The notes beneath the pieces were generated by a model, which was not told the DNA's origin, did no database searches, and saw only the letters and a list, made by a program, of their open reading frames with translations. From Seison nebaliae (taxonomy: Eukaryota), in NCBI GenBank assembly GCA_023231475.1, contig JALJEE010001769.1, positions 1-54,739 on the forward strand: a stretch of 54,739 nucleotides of DNA, read 5' to 3'. The position numbers and the translations under genes are program-made. Below are positions 46,420 through 54,739 of this stretch, piece by piece. How positions within the stretch are numbered: the stretch's first letter is position 1; each line of letters starts with the position of its first letter.

Positions 46420-49400
46420 TGTGTGTCAACTCACCCAATCGATCTTATGTGTGGAGTAGAGCTAGGTAATATGATTGATGATGGGAATGGTTGGTAAAAA
46501 AAAGAAAGAAAGAAAAGAATTTAACGTTCATAACGATATGGATAAATGTTTTCGAATGATGATAAGGACGAAAAGAAATCGGTAATTAATTTTTCTCCTC
46601 TTACGTCTGACCTTTAATGAGAAAAGTTGAGATTGCAGGACAAATCGTTTTTTATTTCAATTTCAGGGTATAAACGTTGAAAGTTGAAGTTGAGACAGAT
46701 ATTGTTAATACTTCTGCTCATTTCGATATAATTCATTCTCATGGACAAAAGGATGTTATGTTAAGAAGATGTTCGCCATATCATTGTGATGAATTATCTT
46801 TCATATTTTTTCATTCTCTAATAAATTAAAATTCAATGATGTATTAATGTTATCTCTAATTTCTTAATAGAAATAGATGATCTTCTCCTTCCTAATTCAC
46901 ATATTGACATTATCCATATTAATAGTCTTCCCTCACAATCCATACACACCAATTTGTTTGTTTTCATTCTCATTTTCTTCTTTTGGTGGTAGTTGTTCAA
47001 CATTGTTTGTTCATCATCTCACCATCAGCAAACCATGAGTAACATCCCGTCATCATTCAGTCCTCTCGTCTCGATGAGTGGACAGAGGAAGTGGGAGACA
47101 GATCTCTCCTAACTTAATCCATCAGACTCTAATGCAAATGAATCATTTCATCTGATAACTCTACTCATCGTTGTGTAGACGTGTGATGCATAATATCATT
47201 TAGGATTAGATAGATCAATTTACTATTCCTTCTCCAACAACCCATCTTCTACCTTCCGAACACACTAAACTATTTCATAATTGTTCTTAATTTTTTTTGA
47301 AAACTTTCGTTCTTCATTATCTGTCTTAGTTGCTCCCATCTCCACTTGATTTATTTCTTCACATTCCTAACTCTCTAACGACATCTAATATGATCATAGA
47401 GAAGAATTACGTTTCTCATCGTTCAAATTATAGTTCAGGGGAAGGGGAGAAGAAGAAGCATTGAATAAATTTGAAGATATATGTTTGACAGTAGAAGAAC
47501 GAGAAGGAGGTGAAGACGATGATGGCGTAGAAGAAGAAATAGATAAAAGAATAATTACTATTTGTTACTAATATAATCCATTGTAATCATTCTTCAATAT
47601 TCATTATTGAATTAAACTCTCTTTTTACCTGACAATGATAGAGGACAGGAGACTGTAAATGATCTTTCAAAAATATTACACCTTTCCTATTTCACATCTC
47701 TAATTGAAACGATGATGTGAAAGGGATCTCAATGTTTTCATTGAAATTCTCTCAACTCTACATTTTCCCATGACTTTTCCCACCACTTCAATTCTCTTCC
47801 TATTAAATCTATATTGATTCTTTTCAGAAATCGATATCGATCGAAATGTATAAATTGAATATATGCCTAAATCAAGAAACTGAATGTTTCTTCTTGAGAA
47901 TTTAAAAGAAAATTTTGAGAATTTGAGATTCATCTAAAGGAAATAAGAAATGTTATGTAAACCGTATATCCTCTGACTAATTGATGACAATGATCTTTTT
48001 CGATATGAATATCGTGAAAATCATGAAAATTATTATTTTGGAATATTCCAAACCATTTCTTTCATTTCAGCATGTACTTATTCAAAAATATATGTGGTAA
48101 TTATTATGATGTTGAGTTAGAAGATTTTGAATACGATACACAGACAGCTGAATCGCTTCCTGACGAAGAATCAACCGCTTCAGAGAAAGAAATCGCACCA
48201 CCCGATACGACACCGACCGATCAACCAGATTACACTTATCCAGTTGATTCCACCGATCAATTAGTTGATATATCTGAAGAGTTCTCGAACGATCAACATC
48301 CCGACCAATTAGAAGGTGATCGACGAGACAAATTTGATAATTACGATAATTCGAACGTCATCGGACCAGTCGATATAACCGATCAAGAATATCAAGAATT
48401 GTTACGTGGCGCTGAGCCATACCAAGTGATAAAAGGATTGAGGAATAACAATTTGAAGCCACAAGGAGATAAATCATCGAAAGAATTTTACGAAATTCGA
48501 AAACCGTCACATCCACCCAGAGAAGACGAATCGACGTTAGAAAAACCAGGAAAGAAGATGGTAGCCAGTAGTCGTATTAGTACGAAGAGTGACAACAATA
48601 AGAGAGTAGATGTTTGCACTTTAACAACATTGACATATCCAAAACGATGTTCACCTCGTTCACATAGTCAACCGAGTTCGAAGAAGTTGTTAGACACAAG
48701 TGGAAGAAAGAGTGGAAGTAGTCGAACCAGTCAACGAACTGGTGGACGAGAATCAGATATAAGTGATCGTACAACATCCACATCCAATCGTATGTTAGAT
48801 ACTCTTATGAATAATTTAGAGAAGGATGTATCAGCTTATGGTAGTTCAGATGCATTAGCATCAACTATGCATGATATGAGTGGGGAAACATTGCCAGGAG
48901 ATTTGGGCAAATTAATCGATTCCGAATATACTACACCGATGCCAACGAGTGATATCGTATCAGGATTTGATCTTCAAAATAGATTAGGTGCCGGTTCATC
49001 ATCCGGTAGAACACCAAGTGGGAGTCAACGCGGCTCTCGATTAAGCCAACGTCCAGCCTCATCAGGCCAACGTAGTCAATATCGAGATCAACATTCAAGA
49101 CAATCACAACAAAAATATTTGTCACCGAACGATTTCTCATCTATCGGCAATGGTCATATTAGTGGAAATGGTGCAGGTTTAGATCAACCGTTAGCTGATG
49201 GTAAACCATCATCTTCCATGTATTCATCACATACTCCCTCTTACTCAACTCGAACACCGAGTAATATGATTGACGATGTCATGCAACAGCAACAACGACA
49301 ACAATCGTCATCATTTTATGGATCGCCGTCAGGTAAAGTAGAAGGAATTACTGATTCATTTAATGCACCGATGTTGAACGATAGTGAAATTCAAGAAGTT

Positions 49401-52400
49401 TTATCACAAGCTGGTATTGATACATCTGACTTAGTACCTTCAACAAGTCAGCCACCATCTCGACCACGTTCTCAACGACCAACTAGTGGCGTACAATTCT
49501 CTCGAATGTCCAACAATACTCCCAACATTCAAATTGACGATGTTGATGATGTAGAAAAAATGTTAGCGTCTGCTGGAGATCAACAACGATTCGATGGTCC
49601 ATCAGCTTTTGATGGAAATCAAATAGATTTAGGAAATCAATTAGGTATCGGTTCCACCGATCTCGAACTTGGTAATCGAATGGGATTGGATGATTTAGGT
49701 AATCAAGTAGATTTAGGAAATCAAATTAGCGAGGAAGATATTCAACGATTATTATCAGGAGAAATTCCTCCAAATTTCGAATCGAGTGCTGAATCAGTTC
49801 CCGCTCAATCAACTGCTTATTATAGTGACAATGTTCCCTCTCGACATGGAACATCACAAAGTCGTAATATAAGCGATCGAACTCCGATTGGTGGAGGAAG
49901 TCGTACAGGAACAAGTCGATCATCTCGTGGTCAACGACCTGATTCCACCATTTCCAGCATTACTTCTAGTATGGTGCCAGAAATTGAGACGATAACAAAG
50001 ATCATGTATCCAAACGACGACATCCCACCACATCAACAACAACAGATTCAACAACAACAATCTCGACAAGGCTTCACTGAACAATATCAACAACCAGATG
50101 ATTTTGGTCAGAGTAGTAGACGATCAGATTTTAAAACGCCAAGTAAATTTGGTAGTTCGATATTGAGTCAAGATTCATATGGAACTCCAGAAATCGAAAC
50201 GGTAACTCGAATCAATTATCCGAATGATATTCGAGGTAGTCGAATGTCAGGTAAATCAGGATCACATCGTAGTGATTATGGAAGAGATTCGAAATCATAC
50301 GGTAATGTCCCATCTCCACGTGGAGGATCGGGACGAAGAACCGGCTCTCAAATGTCACAAGATCGTCAAAGTTATTCGTCGAAGAATGATATAACTCCCA
50401 CCAGTGCCGATAGATCAGGATTTGAATCTCAACATTCGATGCCTGAAGAATCGATTAACGTTCAACCGACAATGTCAACCGAATATATTAGTGATCGAAC
50501 ACCTATGCCAGGTAGTCAAGGACCGAGTAGTCGATTATCGGAACAAGACCGTCGACAACAATCATCAAGAGGATCGGGTGGATCAGATCGATTTGGTTCG
50601 ACAATTGATGATTCCTTAAGAAATGACATTCCATCACGTTCTTCTCGTTCTTCAAGACAACCAGTCGATGGTGATCAATCATCATTCTCACGATCATCAC
50701 GTGGACCATCAAGAAAAGATGAATATGGACGTATGTCTTCTGCTCGATCTGACAAATCGGATTTCGGCAGTGAACGTGATCAATTATCATCACGTCCAAC
50801 TGATTCTCGTTTATCAGATTCCCGTCGTGCAGATCAATCATTGGTAGATAATATTCCTGATTTCTCTCAAAGTAAAACATCCGATTATGGTATGCCATCA
50901 ACCACTTCCTCAATGTCTCACAAATCGGATAGAAGATCCAATTTAACAAGTCGATCAGGCAGTCAAGCAAGAAGTGACAGATCATCACAAAAAGATGGAG
51001 CAGATAGTCGGTTCTCCGAACAATATGATCAACGACCTGGATCATCTAGCCGTGATATTCCTGATAGAGATACATCCGAACATTATGATCAACGAACTGC
51101 TTCATCCATTCGAGGAGGACCAGATAGTAGACAATCCGATGAATATGGTCGACGAACTGGTTCATCCATTCGAGGAGGACCTGATAGTAGACAATCTGAT
51201 CAATATGATCAACGACCTAGTTCATCCAGTCGAAGAGGACCTGATAGTAGACAATCTGATCAATATGACAGACCACCAACATCCTCTTCACGTGAAGGTG
51301 CCGATGGTCGAATTTCAGAAGAATATGAACGTCAATCAGCATCATCAGTGCGAGGAGGACCTGATAGTCGAACATCAGATCAATATGATAGACGACCATC
51401 ATCGTCAACCAGTCAACAAGACCGATATGGAGAATCAAGAGCATCTGATTATGACCAAACGGAATCGAGACCTTTTTCCACTCAAGATGACCTAACTTTA
51501 CCTGACAGTTATTCACGATCATCTACTCAACAAAAACAACCATCAACTTCATCGGCACATCGAACACCATCACAACAATATTCGCAACAGGACGACCGAA
51601 CATCTCGAACATCATCTCGACGATCAAACATTTCGAAAATTTCTAATATTTCCCAAAGATCTTCGGAACAAGGTGATAATTTATCAAGCAAATCTTCGAC
51701 ATCATCATCTCATCGACCAATAAATGGAACTCCTCCAACCGGAATTCATAGTCGTTCATCAATCTCTTCAAAAAAATCAACTTCTTCTACATCGGCAGCT
51801 GAAGATCGACCAGGAGCTGCATCAGCAGCATCTTCTTCATCCTCTTCATCTTCCTCATCTTCATCATCAAGTTCTTCATCATCATCCGCCTCATCATCAT
51901 CATCATCATCAGGCGATTCGAAACGTTCAAGTAAATCAACAGATGAATATCATTCAGATGAATATCCACAAAAACCAAAATCCACATCAACCAGTCGATT
52001 ATCTGCCCCTCAAACTCGATCACAAGTATCAGGTGATGGTCATCAATATGATCGAGTAGCAAGTTCGAGAAGATCCGACAGATCATTAGATCAATCGAAA
52101 GAACCATCACGAGGTACATCATCCAGAAATTATTTAGAAGATGATTATAATAATACATCAATACCCTATCAAGATTTATCAGTCACCTCACCAAATGATT
52201 CAAGTTTCAGTACAAATCCAGTAATTGAAACGAAAACTAGAATTTATTTCCCAGAAGGTGAAGATAAGGAGGAAGAACAAATTGATGGTAGACGAACAGG
52301 TAGTCGATATTCCCAAGATTATGGAACTCCATCAAGACAAAGTGATCTTCGTTCACAAACGACCTCAGTCAAATCTGCGGGTCGACGTGATCAAGAAGTT

Positions 52401-54739
52401 ATTCGAACACCATCAGGATTAAGTCGCGATTCACATCAATCTCAAAGTCGACAACGATCAACAATGTCTCCTTCATCAGATACTTCACGAAAAACGAGTG
52501 ATACACCATTTGCAGAAACGAGTACTCGATTAAGTTTCCCTGGACGATATCGAGAAGATTCGAAACCGAAAGATGTCACTTATCATGGACCAACATCGCC
52601 TTTGAATCAATCTGATTCTCGACCATCTACCACCAGTGGACGTCGTTATCATGGTAGTGGACGTTAGTACCCATTTTATTAGTTTTCTTCAATTATTCTT
52701 CAATTATTCTTCATTCTTTCATATTCACTTAATTCAATCAATTTCATCTCTCTCTAATTCTTTTTCATTTTCTCTATTTTCATGAACAACTCATCATTTG
52801 CACAAATTCATTACTAAAAATTAACGATAATCTCATCCCGTCACAAACGATGTAATCTCACAAATGATAATTTTAATCATTCACCATTATCGCTGATTAT
52901 GACATGTTATGCTTCACTGCCTTCAAACTGCAAAATATCACCACAAAAATATTCCTCTCAATTATGCTCACGAAACGAAATCTATGTCTATGATATACAG
53001 TGTTATCATCCAGTGAGAGTGAAGATGATCCTTGTATCACAACTGTCACTAAAGTAAAATATTATACATCTGGAATTGATGATGACGAACCATTGAAGTT
53101 AGACGAATCAGATTTAGAAGATGCTTTTCCCAAATTTAAGGGTGACAGAGACGATCGACTTTCTTCATCGGGTGACAAATATCCGAGAGAGAGTACCCGA
53201 TTACAAGAAAGAGATCGTTTCGATAGATCACAAAGTCCAACTGGTTCTCGAATATTAGATGGAAGTGAAAGAATTAGACCTGATGATTCGAAACGATCTC
53301 GATCATTCTTATCACCAAGTGATGGTGATCGAAGATATCCAGGTGAACCAAGAGAAACATCAACTCGACTTAGTGAAAGAACACCAAGTCAATATGGTAA
53401 GGATAGTAGGAAAGACGAGGAGGATCAATATCCATCTGATTTCGAGTCTACTAAAGATCAATTACCTTCTGATGATTTCGGACGACGAAGTGGCGAAAGA
53501 TCAGTACGTGATGGTTATCCTTATGATAGAGTAACACCATCAGCTTCTAGACGAACTGGAATTTCGGATGATGATAAAGATAATGATCGATTACCACGAG
53601 CTCCTTCATCATCAACCGGTCGTGATGGTTATTCTCGTGATGGGAAGACACCAACCTCTTCAAGACTCGGAGATATTCTAGATAGAGATCAATATCGAGA
53701 TAGAAGTGACAGTGCGATAAGTAGAACTCCAAGATATGGATCAACACAAGATCGAAAGTTATTCCCAGAAGAAACTGATCAATATCCAGATAGTTTCGAT
53801 GCAAAAGATTATGATCATGATGATGGAAGACCGAGTGATATTGATAGAAAACGAGATTCATCATTATTTCATCCGAAAGATTGGGAAAAAGGATCAATAC
53901 CGTCAACTTTGAATAAACAACCTGACGATGGTGATGGCGATTTAGATAGAAGCGGACGAAGAGGTCCATCCGAATACGACAGATTAATGGACAAAAGTTA
54001 CCCTAGTGAATTTGGAGGAAGTAAAGATGGTTATCCAAGTATTTCCAGTCGTGGAAGTCGACCAATTGCACCAGATGGAATCAGTGATTTATTCCCAGCT
54101 CAATCAGACGATGGTCGTCGTGGAAAACAAGACGGCTATCCAGATTATGATGATAGATATCCAAGTGGATTGGGTGGTGATCGGGTCGATGGTAAATATC
54201 CAGGAAGTTCTAGAGATGGTCCCGGAAAATCATATCCGAAAGATGGTTTGGGTAGAAAACCAGAGAGTGGTGTTGATGGATATCCTGGTATCGATAGAGA
54301 TGGACGTCCATTTGATAAAGATCAACCTGATGGTAGTTACCGTGGCAGTGCAGATGGATATCCAGACGGACGCAAACCAGATGATGGTACATCGTTTAGA
54401 GGAATGCCTGACGGAAAATACGATTATCCAACTGACAAATATTTAGGTGGTCATCCAGATGAGCGATATCCGAGTGATGTACGCGATGAAAGAATATACC
54501 CAGGAAAATCGAGAGATAAATTAGGTGATGGCGACGATTTAAGTGGCCGACAACCAGGTGATATTTTAAGTGGACGAGGAGCAAGATATCCAGGAGATGA
54601 CTTAAGTGGCCGACAACCAGGTGATGGTTTAAGTGGACGACAACCAGGTGATATTTTAAGTGGACGAGGAGCAAGATATCCAGGAGATGACTTAAGTGGC
54701 CGACAACCAGGTGATGGGTTAGGGGGACGACACCCAGGT
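33056..54739 (+). CDS. Giant (>6,000 aa, 3'-truncated by the window) modular, largely disordered protein; probable cytoskeletal scaffold
   Basis: Exons 33056-39584, 39808-45093, 48121-52662 and 53001->54739, joined by three phase-1 GT-AG introns: G|GTACTC..TTGCAG|GT, G|GTAGGA..GTTAG|AA and C|GTTAGT..TACAG|TG. The summed CDS in the window is 18,096 nt. The exon 2-3 junction is the least certain. Confidence 0.7.
35111..35272 (+). repeat. 48-bp coding tandem repeat (GERYxDPNKRKSDDSD), 3 copies plus a partial
   Basis: Units start at 35111, 35159, 35207 and 35255. Confidence 0.9.
39808..45093 (+). CDS. Giant gene exon 2 (coiled-coil repeat block)
   Basis: Acceptor TTTTGCAG at 39807; frame is continuous with the 39948 ORF; donor TATG|GTAGGA. 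Confidence 0.9.
45173..45198. repeat. (GA)n microsatellite
   Basis: Directly visible in giant-gene intron 2. Confidence 0.9.
46376..46426. repeat. (GT)n microsatellite, interrupted
   Basis: Directly visible. Similar dinucleotide tracts occur at ~6176-6200, ~6696-6716, ~31974-31992 and ~32230-32258. Confidence 0.9.
48121..52662 (+). CDS. Giant gene exon 3 (Ser/Arg/Gln-rich; 20-aa repeats)
   Basis: 1531-codon ORF in the track; phase-1 acceptor TAG at 48118-48120; donor C|GTTAGT (or G|GTAGTG 9 nt earlier, same phase). Confidence 0.88.
51003..51410 (+). repeat. 60-bp coding tandem repeat (DSRQSDQYDQRPSSSxRGGP-like), ~7 copies
   Basis: GATAGT/GATAGA/GATGGT unit starts every 60 nt from 51003 to 51363. 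Confidence 0.9.
53001..54739 (+). CDS. Giant gene exon 4 (D/G/R/P/Y-rich, partial)
   Basis: Acceptor TATACAG at 53000. The frame reads LSSSESEDDPCITTVTKVKYYTSG... and is still in frame at the window end (...LSGRQPGDGLGGRHPG). It is missing from the ORF track, presumably because no stop lies in the window. Confidence 0.88.
54539..54739 (+). repeat. 90-bp higher-order coding repeat (27+36+27 bp subunits: LSGRQPGDI-LSGRGARYPGDD-LSGRQPGDG)
   Basis: 54539-54628 and 54629-54718 are nearly identical; a third unit begins at the window edge. Confidence 0.9.

Noticed and set aside
47434..47571. Acidic mini-ORF in giant-gene intron 2 (FRGRGEEEALNKFEDICLTVEEREGGEDDDG...)
   Set aside because: No acceptor of the required phase 1 for this frame; cannot be placed in the model without transcript data.
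51003..51410. Regularly spaced repeats resembling a CRISPR array
   Set aside because: In-frame coding repeats with homologous 'spacers' in a eukaryotic exon; no cas genes.
33159..54674. Dozens of 60-250 aa ORFs antisense or out of frame to the giant gene (M/I/H-rich)
   Set aside because: Shadows of GAT/AAT/TCA-rich codon usage in the real frame; no family motifs.

Overview
AT-rich eukaryotic (animal-like) nuclear DNA with standard genetic code, spliceosomal introns (many only 46-60 nt) and proteins full of poly-N/Q/D/S tracts. The organism cannot be named from the sequence. By hand I reconstruct five spliced genes. (1) A Q/N/T-rich protein (+, 2966-7004) whose small C-terminal domain looks like a highly eroded COE/EBF DNA-binding domain. 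(2) An SR-protein kinase (SRPK; +, ~12067-18732, first exon uncertain) with a short spacer and a ~1,440-aa low-complexity tail after the kinase domain. (3) A ~235-aa uncharacterised protein with three RPxTA motifs (-, 19753-20799). (4) Mitochondrial ATP synthase F1 gamma (-, 21457-22419). (5) One giant gene (+, 33056 to past the window end) that joins three ORFs of the track plus an untracked exon into >6,000 aa of mostly disordered protein. It is built from modules: an array of LC8/DYNLL-type xxIQx motifs, VDVNV strands, actin-binding-like motifs, ~12 coiled-coil repeats, a recurring PxIETxT[KR]Ix[YF]P motif and coding minisatellites. Also present are a ~612-bp Mutator/foldback-like MITE with a 10-bp target-site duplication, microsatellites, and a strong bias of short introns to start GTT rather than GTR. 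Nearly all other ORFs in the track are antisense or out-of-frame shadows. All gene models are manual and lack transcript support; family alignments are from memory, not from database searches.
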